A DNA stretch of 64,000 bases from Schmidtea polychroa. Lineage: Eukaryota. Positions 1 through 10,197 of the stretch are shown piece by piece (within the stretch, counting starts at the first letter, position 1; every line of letters begins with the position of its first letter). The DNA lies in contig CM097887.1 in NCBI GenBank assembly GCA_044892525.1, positions 119,142,397 to 119,206,396 of the forward strand, in the 5' to 3' direction. The notes beneath the pieces are model-generated. The model did not search any database. It saw nothing but the letters and a program-made list of their open reading frames with translations, and had not been told where the DNA came from. Made by a program: the position numbers and the translations under genes.

Positions 1-9
1 TCAGTTGAA

Positions 10-1020
10 ATGAATAAAACTAATTTTTACATGATTTTACCCAGCAATAGCTCTCCTTTAATTCATCCAAATAACAATGCCAGTAAATATATTGTCGAAC
101 TTCAAAATCCAATCTATTTAAATGGTAGTTGGGAAGTGTCCTTGTTGGATTTTACATTTGTATACAATCTCTTTCCGTTTTACAGTAAATCCAAGATTGA
201 ATATACCAAAGTGGAATCAGTATCAGAAATTGTCAAAGTGAAGATAATTCAAGATAGCTATGAAATGATCAATCAAGCAAATACAAATGCGATAATATAT
301 GTTGAGGATAGATATTTATACTTTCAATGTTTGAAGCAACCATTTCAATTTTTATTTGAAACCTTAACTGATGCAAAACGCCTAGGATTTACGCTATTGC
401 GTAACACTTTTGATGAAACGGTAAAATTTGATATTGATACTCTTCCAAAAACTGATGCTATATTCAAATTTCAACTCTTGTATAACAAAGCTGTTGAGCA
501 TAGCTATACATTTCAAGATGATTTGTATATTACAGATCTTGATCAATTACAAGTTTATTTAACAAAGCATTGTGCAGATATTTTCGCTGTTGTTGAATTA
601 GACAAATTTTTTAAATTTCAAATGAATCCGACTGTTGGCCAAATGAAATTTGACTCTAATTTGGTAAAGACATTAGGATTATCAAAAGAAACGTATATAC
701 AAAACTTAAAAGTTAACGAAGGAACATCGAAACCAAAAATAATTAAACTTCATCAGCAAATGTTCATTTATAGTAATATTGTTGAATCTGTAATTGTTGG
801 TGATGTAAGTGTTCCTCTAATGAAAGCAGTATGGGTTGAAAAGCATGAACAAGATGAAGTGGTACAGATAACGATTGAAAATCCTATGTATTTATCTGTT
901 GCAACATCATGTATAAACAATATAGAAATTAATATACGTGATGATTCTGGAAAATTGATAAACTTTTCAAAAGATTCAAAAACCCATTTGACTTTACATT
1001 TTCGAAAGGTGAATGTCTAA
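10..1020 (+). CDS. Polinton minor capsid (penton-like, PX-type) protein
   Basis: 336 aa ORF. N-terminal FYMILPSNSS..HPNNNASKYIVEL and C-terminal IYSNIVE..IVGDVSVPLM...MYLSV....INNIEINIRD..G are typical of Maverick PX/minor capsid. Homolog at 19487-20515. Confidence 0.8.
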   Translation: MNKTNFYMILPSNSSPLIHPNNNASKYIVELQNPIYLNGSWEVSLLDFTFVYNLFPFYSKSKIEYTKVESVSEIVKVKIIQDSYEMINQANTNAIIYVEDRYLYFQCLKQPFQFLFETLTDAKRLGFTLLRNTFDETVKFDIDTLPKTDAIFKFQLLYNKAVEHSYTFQDDLYITDLDQLQVYLTKHCADIFAVVELDKFFKFQMNPTVGQMKFDSNLVKTLGLSKETYIQNLKVNEGTSKPKIIKLHQQMFIYSNIVESVIVGDVSVPLMKAVWVEKHEQDEVVQITIENPMYLSVATSCINNIEINIRDDSGKLINFSKDSKTHLTLHFRKVNV

Positions 1021-1402
1021 TCCTGATATTGTGTCGTTATATAGTAATAGTCAAACTGGTGGAGAATTGCCATATTTTATGGGTAAGCAATATGGATCCG
1101 GATGGTTGCAAACAATTGGAAGGTTCGCACTTCCAATACTTAAAAAGATTGGTTCATTTGGCATGAGAACAGCAAAGGATGTGATAATGAAAGATCAAAA
1201 AATACTACCAACATTGAAAAGACATGCAATGAATGAAATTTGGAAATTGATGCCAAGTGCAGCAAAGATTTCTAAACCAAATGAAACTAAAAAACCTCCA
1301 ACATCAACACCACAACAAATTTTGGGTAAGCGACGAAAATCTCGTATAAACAAAAGATGGAAAGGTCGTGGAACAATATTCGAAAATGATGATCTCCGGT
1401 AA
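1013..1402 (+). CDS. Polinton basic core/maturation-substrate protein
   Basis: 129 aa. QTGG..PYF.GKQYGSGWL..IGRFALPILKKIG motif and Lys/Arg-rich C-terminus; sits between the minor and major capsid genes. Homolog at 19093-19494. Confidence 0.7.
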   Translation: MSNPDIVSLYSNSQTGGELPYFMGKQYGSGWLQTIGRFALPILKKIGSFGMRTAKDVIMKDQKILPTLKRHAMNEIWKLMPSAAKISKPNETKKPPTSTPQQILGKRRKSRINKRWKGRGTIFENDDLR

Positions 1403-2615
1403 AACTGAATTGTGTATTTTTGATCGTCCGTCTCCACAAGTAGTAATTGAAAATGGAATATTTGAAGATGTATTTCCTATGAATTCAATTACTGATTCAA
1501 GGAATGATGTAGAATTTTTTGTTAACGGTTCACAGACTGAATATTTAGATTTGAATGACACTCTATTATCCATTCAGCTGAAGGTTGTAGATAAAGACAA
1601 TAAAGATCTGGCAGATGGTGTTGATGTAATTCCAACCAACTACATGTTTCATACTCTATTTAAAGATGTTATTCTGGGTTTTAATAATATCAAAATCGAA
1701 GGTGGCAACAACACATATGCACACAAAGCTTTAATTGAAACAATTTTAAACTATAATGGAGATACAAAAAGTATTTGTCTTGCGCCGATGGGTTATGGAA
1801 GTAAAGATTTTAGGAAAACATGGATTGCGAAATCAAGACTGTTTTCAATGTGTTCATCATTACAACTAGATTTTATGGATCAGCCTAAATATCTACTTCC
1901 AGGAGTTAATGTACATATTCGTATGAAGAGATCAGACTCAAAATTTTGTTTGGATACATCTGTAGCTGGAGCATCACCAAAATATCAGTTGGTTGATGCA
2001 AAATTAATGGTTCGCTGTGTACGAGTTGAGTCATCAGTGTTGGCTGGCCATCAGATTGGTCTTAATTCACAACATGCGATTTATCCTATCAAAACCAAAG
2101 AAATTGTTGCCTTTGCAATAAGTAAAGATTCATCCTCATTTTATAAAGAACAAATATTTGGCGATAAACGTTTGCCAAATTTTATTCTTGTAACCTTCCA
2201 ATCAGAAGCACAATATAATGGTTCATATACAGAAACTAGCTCAAAATTCGCACATTTCAGTATAACTTCTTTAACTTTATCAAAAAATTCCGATTATCGT
2301 GAAACATATACTCAAGATTTCGACAACGATAACTATGCTGCGACCTATATGCAATCTATAGTTCGAAATATGGGTTATTTAGATAAGAATTTAAATTGCG
2401 GAATCGACATTGTAGATTTTAAGACCAAATATCCTTTCTTTACATTCATTTTGGCTCCAGACTTTGATTGGAATCAAAGTCAATTGCCACAAAATGGAAA
2501 TCTGAGACTTGATATTAAATTCAACAAGGCTTTAACATCTCCTGTATATGTAATTATTTATGGAGTTTTTGAAAGCGAAATACAGATTTCAGCAAATCGG
2601 TCAATTCTAGTTTAA
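1386..2615 (+). CDS. Polinton major capsid protein (double jelly-roll, PY-type)
   Basis: KTELCIFDRPSPQ, EYLDLNDTLL, DFMDQPKYLLPGV and G.LRLDIKF motifs. Start placed at ATG 1386/1389 by comparison with the copy-B start MISAKSELCIF (ORF track starts at 1368). Confidence 0.88.
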   Translation: MMISGKTELCIFDRPSPQVVIENGIFEDVFPMNSITDSRNDVEFFVNGSQTEYLDLNDTLLSIQLKVVDKDNKDLADGVDVIPTNYMFHTLFKDVILGFNNIKIEGGNNTYAHKALIETILNYNGDTKSICLAPMGYGSKDFRKTWIAKSRLFSMCSSLQLDFMDQPKYLLPGVNVHIRMKRSDSKFCLDTSVAGASPKYQLVDAKLMVRCVRVESSVLAGHQIGLNSQHAIYPIKTKEIVAFAISKDSSSFYKEQIFGDKRLPNFILVTFQSEAQYNGSYTETSSKFAHFSITSLTLSKNSDYRETYTQDFDNDNYAATYMQSIVRNMGYLDKNLNCGIDIVDFKTKYPFFTFILAPDFDWNQSQLPQNGNLRLDIKFNKALTSPVYVIIYGVFESEIQISANRSILV

Positions 2616-2628
2616 ACAAAGATGAAGT

Positions 2629-3013
2629 ATGGAGTAAGTTTACTTTCTGATAAACGATTTACTTGATTAGTTCTGTTCAGCTTAATTGTATTGCATCAAA
2701 TCTGTTTGGAGACAGGTTTTTAGGAGTTTATCCGCTGGATAAAATCCCTTTTCTTGAAAGTAACAATGCTTTAATAGTCAATACCCAATCCTCAAGTCTT
2801 GATGGCGAACATTGGCTAGCAGTATTTGTTAAACCTGAAAAGATTAAAGTGTTTGATCCGATGGGTTACTATTATCCGCCTCTATTAGTGTCGAAGTTAT
2901 CGAAATTATCAAAACCTATCGTGTACAATAGAATTCGTTATCAAGAACCGCTAACAGTTACATGTGGACAACATTGTATTGTTTGGTTATGTTTTGAGTT
3001 TAATAAATATTAG
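2629..3013 (+). CDS. Adenain-like (clan CE) cysteine maturation protease, spliced (intron 2634-2670)
   Basis: IVNT...GEHWLAV (His), FDPMG (Asp), Q.....TCGQHC (Gln/Cys). The only suitable ATG is at 2629: ATG GA|gtaagt...gattag|T TCT GTT CAG gives MDSVQLN. Confidence 0.88.
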
Positions 3014-3156
3014 TTGGTGTTCATTTCTTTATTTTCAAAAATAACTAAAATAACACAGTTTTTGTACAATATTTTATTAAATAACAATAACAACTCTTTA
3101 TATACAAAAAATAAAATGTCTGTTTGAGGAAATTTGACAGTTGATTTCACATATAA

Positions 3157-6100
3157 TCATGCAAATATATTATCATCATTATCAACAATATTTATACTAT
3201 AGTGTCCATATGCAAAACTTTTGTTCCGACCCACCCATACCCTTTTATCATCCTTATTTGACAGAGCCAACTTTGTTGATTTAAATGTGTAAAGTTGATG
3301 ATTTTTGGACCCAAGCCTCGTTTGTATGACTTTAGGTATTTCCATTCCATTAAAACAGTCGATGTATGATTGATGATCTATCTCAGTTTCATTCAATCTA
3401 ATACCTTTGGCTTTAATAGTTTTCTTTGGACCACCCAACAAACTATAAAGCTTTGGCCGAAGAAATATCCATTCATCATATAGGACTCCCTTACTTTCAT
3501 CCTTAAACTTTCCTATAACAGAATCCAATCTTCTGTTATACAGCGGATGAGACGAATTATAATTAGATGCATCCAATAGATTATCTTGGATCATAGCTTC
3601 TAATAATGTTTGCAATTTAAGATTCTTAATTTCCAAGAAGAATGAATCCGTATCCCCTGCTGCTATATTAATCTCACAATTGAACTGTTCACGATACTTT
3701 TGTAGTTCTATATACTGCAGCTCATACATTCTTAGTTTGGAGAGATCTAAAACTGTTTGTTCAATATACGAAGGTCTATCCAAACATACAACATCAGGAT
3801 TCATAATTGCAGCTATTAAATCATCTGCAATCTTTATACTTCTCTTGAAGGTTGGTTTTGATGAATATGTTACCATTTTTCTTTGTGAATTGCACAACCT
3901 TAAATTCATCCTCTTCTTTAAATTTTCCACTGTTTTCCCATATAAACTGTTGTTTAATAGTTTATAATATCCCTTCTCCAGTTCAGATGTTGATTGAGCC
4001 CTCAATTTGGTGTTGGCTTCCACATATTCCTTGAAAATAGTTGATTGGTTAAACTTGATTGCCCGATGTATATTTGTTATTTCAACTCCTAAAAACATAT
4101 ACATTTTCAATAGTCGCCAATGAATTACATAGTTTTTCTTCGGGTAATGTGTTAACAGAAGCTTTTCCACTTTTGTTCCTTCTGGACACATCTTCTCTGG
4201 TGCAACAGGTAAATCGTCTAATAAATCATGAATTTCATCTGGAATATTCATATCAACCTCCGACGTATATCCATATGGTAAATTCTCTAGTTTTGATGAT
4301 TTACACTCTTCTAGAATAGTGTCCAAATCAGTATGGATCCATTCAAACTTTCCATATGGCAAACTCTGACTAAGTGCCCATCCATACAAGTTATTTATAT
4401 CGATATATAATAACTCTGTATTTTCATCTCTTCTGACTTGATGTTTATTAACGAAAGTCATACCTCCTCGAATGCCAGCTTCATAATAATTATACATGTC
4501 ATTATCTTGCAACAATTCAATAGGTCTATCCAATGACATTAATGCCGATGCCCATGTCATTCCCGGAATACCGAAAAAATTTAAAGGTTCCAATCCATTA
4601 TGGGCTAGTGATTTAGTTCTGAATTGTTGAAAGTAATCTGCTAAAAGATATACATCCAACTTTAGATATATCATCATATAGTCTAAAAGGGTTTCACATC
4701 CGGTTTCAGACCATATGTTCACTGCTTTATCATATGCGGCTTGTGACACTCCTTCCCAAATTGGTGGCAATTCTCTGGTTTCTCGTAGAACTTCCAGGCT
4801 TGTGGCAAAATAGTATGGAAAAATACCTTTTGAATCCTGTATTGTTCCCGTAAATGCTGCATTTGTAATTGGTAAGCTGTTTATTGTTTTTACTGCATTA
4901 TCCAAAGATTCATTTACAAACTGATATGAATCAATGAATTTGATCTTTATTTGCTTACAATGCGCAATAAGCGTAAGAAATTTTTCGGATGTTGTCGGAA
5001 TACAACTCAAATTCCAGTGAGGGAATTTATTTATGCCATATTTTAAAATATGATGCATATCATAACCTCTCAGGTTATGAAATACTACTGGAAGCACTCG
5101 ACGTACTCTTCTTGAAAGATTACATTTTCCACATGCCGCACCTAAATATTTCCCGCTGAAATGATCATGATCTCGAACCAAATGATCACAGTGTTCCTTA
5201 CATATATAACAAAATGATTGCATATTAAAAGAGGATTGTTCCGTTGGACTGAGAATTAAAGGTTGTTTACCATTTCTCTGGTAATAATGATTTACTTTAT
5301 TTTCTGCTATTTCCTCTACTTTCTTTAAAAAATCAAATATACAATTTAACCCAATAAATTGAAAATATGAGGAAGCTCCGCTAAAATTGTTTATCAGCAA
5401 AAGTCCAGCTGAAATCGGTAAGTGTTTCTGATGGTATTGCTGATCGTCTGGTAAAATAGATTCGAAATCAGCATAGATTACGAAAGGTGGAGTCACTTTC
5501 TTCGACCAATCTTTGAATCTGAGCTCTTTTTCTGTTGGCATAACGTACAAAGTTGTCCCAAGCTGATTTTTCTTACATAAAGCCAGATGTCTTTCATATG
5601 TCAATTGTCTCCGAAATCCATTTAGACAATTTACACACCATATACATTGAATTCGAACTGTACAATTATTGGATACATGACAGTTCATTAACCTGTTGAT
5701 ATTAGGTATTCCAACGTAATGGTAATTATTACTTTCACTTAGTAATAATAAATATATTGGTGTAACATCTTTAACCTTTGTCCTCCGAATTATGTCTATA
5801 TTCGGATGTTTCATAACAACATCATCATCATCATTATTTAAATATGTATCATCCGACTCGTATGAGAGAACATTGATCGCCAATCCTGGATTCTGATCTT
5901 CAAATTTCTTTATGTCATTCAATGTTGTCGGAGGGTTTTCCAAATCGTAATTTACTTCATTCATGTACCGATAATATTGTGACGGTCTGTTACGGTTTTC
6001 ATGAATGTCTTCGTATTTCAATATAGACAAAACGCTGTAGATAAAACACAGATTGTCTTGATTTTGGATGTTTATAATTTTATTCTTTAATGATGCCGGG

Positions 6101-7380
6101 GTTCTTATGTGTCGATGTCCAGACAATCGACTAATTTCGGCAAACTTTGTTATTTTAAAATTAATCTCCAGTATCCTGTTAAGACGCCAACTGCTACCCA
6201 ACTCCGATCTAATAGCAATTTTCTCATTCAAACTTTCGATTCCTTCATCTAAAAAGTCATCTGTTAATTTTGTGGCTCTATTTGAAATTCTTGCAGTCTT
6301 CAGCTCACCATCTTTGACGAATTCTGCATTGATCCCGAACTGTATCTTAACGCTCTTCATTTCATTTATACAAGCGTTTAATTTTATCAACAACGTTGGT
6401 GGAATAACTATTTTTTGTATATTATAACAAGATATGTCCAGTGTGATAATTCTATGTGTTCTGTATAAATCACATTCAATTTCCGGTTCATCTGATATTC
6501 CTGCTCCTGTTTGAAAGTCATCAACTAGTGAGTAGTGATCTGCATAGTCAGTACTATCACTGTCAACATTCGATATATTTTCGTTTTGATCATTGAAATC
6601 TAGTTCTTCTATTATTTCAAACGATCCATTTATTATATCAATTTCTTCTTCTTCAGATCTTCCGACGTCTTCGCACCTTGAACTTCCAACTTCTTCACGC
6701 CTTGAACTTCCAACTTCTTCACGCCTTGAACTTCCTGCTTCTTTGCGCCTTGAACTTCCAGCTTCTTTACGCCTTGAAGTTCCAGCGTATTCGCACCTTG
6801 AACTTCCAACTTCTTCACGCCTTGAACTTCCTGCTCCTTTGCGCCTTGAACTTCCAGTTTCTTCATGCCTCGAATCTTCTTCCTCCGAATCCATGATTAC
6901 AATTATTTCTGAGTTTGATATTGCATTTTCTATTTTCTCCAATCTTGCTTTTTTATTTTTAATTAAGTGAGTGGAAACCTTTCTTTTGATAAGCTTATCT
7001 TCACGCCTTGAACTTCCTGCTTCTTTGCGCCTTGAACTTCCAGTTTCTTCATGCCTCGAATCTTCTTCCTCCGAATCCATGATTACAATTATTTCTGAGT
7101 TCGATATTGCATTTTCTATTTTCTCCAATCTTGCTTTTTTATTTTTAATTAAGTGAGTTGAAACCTTTCTTTTGAAAAGCTTATCTTTACGCATCACAAA
7201 TTGATTTAAATGTGTCTTATGCGTGTTATAAAAGGACATGTAGGGATCGGAACTTAAAGTTTCGCAATATGGGCATAAAAAGTAATTTTGTTGATAATAT
7301 GTTTTGCCATAATATGTTTGCATGATTTTATGACAGCTTTTATTGTGACTACTGTTTTGACAATAATTTGGGTATAACAC
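3157..7380 (-). CDS. Protein-primed family B DNA polymerase (pPolB) with long N-terminal extension
   Basis: 1407 aa open frame. ExoI IYADFES, ExoII FHNLRGYD, ExoIII YLKLDV; endonuclease-VII-like Zn motif CYIC..RDHDHFSGKYLGAACGKCN; PolA DINNLYG, PolB KLLNNSLYGKT, PolC GDTDS. True start uncertain (GTG 7380, or a later ATG). Confidence 0.95.
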   Translation of the reverse strand: MLYPNYCQNSSHNKSCHKIMQTYYGKTYYQQNYFLCPYCETLSSDPYMSFYNTHKTHLNQFVMRKDKLFKRKVSTHLIKNKKARLEKIENAISNSEIIVIMDSEEEDSRHEETGSSRRKEAGSSRREDKLIKRKVSTHLIKNKKARLEKIENAISNSEIIVIMDSEEEDSRHEETGSSRRKGAGSSRREEVGSSRCEYAGTSRRKEAGSSRRKEAGSSRREEVGSSRREEVGSSRCEDVGRSEEEEIDIINGSFEIIEELDFNDQNENISNVDSDSTDYADHYSLVDDFQTGAGISDEPEIECDLYRTHRIITLDISCYNIQKIVIPPTLLIKLNACINEMKSVKIQFGINAEFVKDGELKTARISNRATKLTDDFLDEGIESLNEKIAIRSELGSSWRLNRILEINFKITKFAEISRLSGHRHIRTPASLKNKIINIQNQDNLCFIYSVLSILKYEDIHENRNRPSQYYRYMNEVNYDLENPPTTLNDIKKFEDQNPGLAINVLSYESDDTYLNNDDDDVVMKHPNIDIIRRTKVKDVTPIYLLLLSESNNYHYVGIPNINRLMNCHVSNNCTVRIQCIWCVNCLNGFRRQLTYERHLALCKKNQLGTTLYVMPTEKELRFKDWSKKVTPPFVIYADFESILPDDQQYHQKHLPISAGLLLINNFSGASSYFQFIGLNCIFDFLKKVEEIAENKVNHYYQRNGKQPLILSPTEQSSFNMQSFCYICKEHCDHLVRDHDHFSGKYLGAACGKCNLSRRVRRVLPVVFHNLRGYDMHHILKYGINKFPHWNLSCIPTTSEKFLTLIAHCKQIKIKFIDSYQFVNESLDNAVKTINSLPITNAAFTGTIQDSKGIFPYYFATSLEVLRETRELPPIWEGVSQAAYDKAVNIWSETGCETLLDYMMIYLKLDVYLLADYFQQFRTKSLAHNGLEPLNFFGIPGMTWASALMSLDRPIELLQDNDMYNYYEAGIRGGMTFVNKHQVRRDENTELLYIDINNLYGWALSQSLPYGKFEWIHTDLDTILEECKSSKLENLPYGYTSEVDMNIPDEIHDLLDDLPVAPEKMCPEGTKVEKLLLTHYPKKNYVIHWRLLKMYMFLGVEITNIHRAIKFNQSTIFKEYVEANTKLRAQSTSELEKGYYKLLNNSLYGKTVENLKKRMNLRLCNSQRKMVTYSSKPTFKRSIKIADDLIAAIMNPDVVCLDRPSYIEQTVLDLSKLRMYELQYIELQKYREQFNCEINIAAGDTDSFFLEIKNLKLQTLLEAMIQDNLLDASNYNSSHPLYNRRLDSVIGKFKDESKGVLYDEWIFLRPKLYSLLGGPKKTIKAKGIRLNETEIDHQSYIDCFNGMEIPKVIQTRLGSKNHQLYTFKSTKLALSNKDDKRVWVGRNKSFAYGHYSINIVDNDDNIFA
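6655..7190 (-). repeat. Coding repeats in pPolB N-terminus: 27-nt tandem units plus a ~175-nt duplication
   Basis: Units GAACTTCC(A/T)(A/G)CTTCTT(C/T)(A/G)CGCCTT encode GSSRR(K/E)E(A/V). The block KRKVSTHLIKNKKARLEKIENAISNSEIIVIMDSEEEDSRHEETGSSRRK occurs twice. Confidence 0.95.
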
Positions 7381-8464
7381 ACCTTAAAATAAATAATGAT
7401 TTAAATATTTATTAAATGAATTTTATTTTATTAAAATAATTCGGGTTTCCCTTTTGTGTTCCATATATTTTGAGAAAAAAGTTTTATAATCACAACAATG
7501 TGTAGTTTATTTTATTCAAGTGTAAGACATCCGACAAAAAACCATTACTTTATAAGTTAAAAATGCTAAAGGTAAACGGATGCATTTGTAAACAGTTTTT
7601 ATTTATTGACTATTTTTTTAGTCAACAGAGGTGATTATGATTTCATACCTTATGTTTACGTGAATACAGATTTCTGTGACCAAGCTATTATGAAAGTGAT
7701 GTGATTTCCAGTGTACCATGGAAAGTATGCAATAAAGCTAGATCAGTAATATTGTATTCTTATTGATACATAAAGAATTCTTTGCGTCTCCTATATAGTA
7801 CTGATGATAGCAAAAACAATTACTTGTAATGTTTATATTATTTAAATAATATTAAAAATAAATTAAAATTATTATAAAATTTATTAAAAAAATATTAATG
7901 TTGTTTAGTTTAATATTATAACTAAGACGATCCAATTGACATTTTTACCGTTTTTGTCATTTTTACCATATATATTTTTTTTTTAAAAAAAAACACATTA
8001 TTTATGTTTAAATTTGTTTAAATATAATATTAATTATATTTTTAAAAGACACACAATGGAGAAAATCTCAAATTCACAAAGATTTGTATCTATTTTCAAT
8101 TTCAATTTATTAAATATATATATAAAATAATCATCCTTAATTAAAATCTAATATATAAAGATGAAAATTTGTTTGTTTTCTATAGAATTCCCCACCGTCG
8201 GACCTAGGATGCTGAAATTTTACACGTGGCCCTCATTTGACTCGGTACAGGTCATAGACTATGTTTCAACCCCAGGTGACTACCCCTAAGTACCCTTAGT
8301 CGGATTTGTTTTGTCTGTCCGGTCAGCAATTTACCATATAAATAATTTATTATATGCTTGCTACTTGAAGTTAAAAGTAATATAATTTAGTCAAAAATTT
8401 TTAAACAGAATTCAAACTTATAGAATTTGTATTTTATTTGATTAGTGAACCAGTTTGCAATTGG

Positions 8465-9190
8465 AAAATATTACCGGTTATTTTTGATTTAAATTGAAGG
8501 GTTTTTGATTTTACAAATTGAAATTTATTTTGAAAGCTTTTCTTATTGTAATTGAACATAGAATCGAAACTTATAAAATTAATACTGGAACGTATTAACA
8601 TCATTAAAAAATTAATTTAAATTTAATATTATGATAAATGAAAGCGGGTAAAACATTTAGTTTATTATAAAATTTATTAAAAAATAGTATTTAATTAAAA
8701 TTTAATTTATTATAAAAATTTAAAACTAACATTTAGCATAGAAATCTTCCATATCATTTCCTTGATCGATATCGCAAACTATTTTCTAAACGAAAAACTT
8801 AATATATATATATATTAAATAAATATTACCGGAAAAATATTACCGGTTATTTTTGATTTAAATTGAAGGGTTTTTGATTTTACAAATTGAAATTTATTTT
8901 GAAAGCTTTTCTTATTGTAATTGAACATAGAATCGAAACTTATAAAATTAATACTGGAACGTATTAACATCATTAAAAAATTAATTTAAATTTAATATTA
9001 TGATAAATGAAAGCGGGTAAAACATTTAGTTTATTATAAAATTTATTAAAAAATAGTACTTAATTAAAATTTAATTTATTATAAAAATTTAAAACTAACA
9101 TTTAGCATAGAAATCTTCCATATCATTTCCTTGATCGATATCGCAAACTATTTTCTAAACGAAAAACTTAATATATATATATTAAATAAA
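8465..9190. repeat. ~369-bp near-perfect tandem duplication (2 copies)
   Basis: TTACCGGTTATTTTTGATTT starts at 8471 and 8840, and the following sequence is repeated nearly identically. Confidence 0.92.
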
Positions 9191-9608
9191 TAAAGTTTAC
9201 CGTTTGGTTATTAATATTTGGCATTCTTCTTCTTTTATTCTGATTGAATAATATCTAAAAGAAAAGAAAATAAATATTTAACAAGAGCAAAATAAAATCT
9301 TACTTGTTAGATAAAAATTTATTGATTAAATGAAATTTAAATGTAATATTAAAACAATAGTTAATCTAAGCAACTATTGTTAGCAACCAAATAGAATCTT
9401 CTAGAATTTTTTTATATAAATAAGAATATTCTTTTTATTCATAGATTTTGTTCATAGATAAATAATAACTAATTATTGTATCTAAATATTTATTGTTACC
9501 AATCAACTAGAATGTTCTAGAATGTTCTAGAACATTCTAGGTTGATCTAGAATGTTATTATTAATATGTAAGTAATAAATATGAATTTTATGCAAGTTAA
9601 ATTAACTA

Positions 9609-10042
9609 TCAAAGTTTATAAATTTTTATTAAATTGACAAAAAATATAATGAAACGTTTAAACATAGTTCTTAACCAAAAATGTAACTCTAATTTTTTTA
9701 TATATTTCCAGTCACCATTTTCTTTGATCCATGGGTAAATTTTTGTAATTTCTTGCACTGGCCAGTTCATATATTTTGGATGTTCATTTGGACATAAAAT
9801 AAGAATGTTTCTGACGTACATTAAGCTAACGATGACTTTAGACCAACATATGCCATCCTGAAACAACGATTCAAAGACATCCTTGAATGTTTTTCCTGAT
9901 TACCTTCCGATGATAAAATAGAAGAGAAATCAATGGTACATCGAAGCTCTACTTCTTTTATTATTTTTAATAAACAATTTATTGTTTGATCATCACTTTT
10001 ATAAATTAAACCATTGACAATGGCGATTATGTATTCATTCAT
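9609..10042 (-). CDS. Bcl-2-like protein, split by a 1-nt frameshift in an A5 run (plus-strand T 9890-9894)
   Basis: Adding one A joins ORFs 9821-10042 and 9609-9866 into ~144 aa with BH1-like TFKDVFESLFQDGICWSKVIV, BH2-like IYPWIKENGDW and a hydrophobic/basic tail. Confidence 0.78.
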
Positions 10043-10197
10043 TGTAAAAATGAATGTATCTTGAAATTATTATGCAAGACTAATGCATATTTTGATTGGT
10101 TAATGTAACAAGTATTTGATTTGTTGATAAAATGAACAAATGAGATATGTATGTGAGACAGTGTGTGTATAGAACTTAAAGTTTATCATTATTTCAA

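Noticed and set aside
3680-7156. Plus-strand ORFs overlapping pPolB (3680, 3852, 4059, 6068, 6593, 6678, 6971) and alternate-frame 6633
   Set aside because: Antisense or alternate-frame shadows of the polymerase and its repeats; no independent motifs.
8180-8335. GC-richer patch resembling a Helentron/HINE-type short repeat
   Set aside because: Only vague motif similarity; no termini or TSD could be defined.
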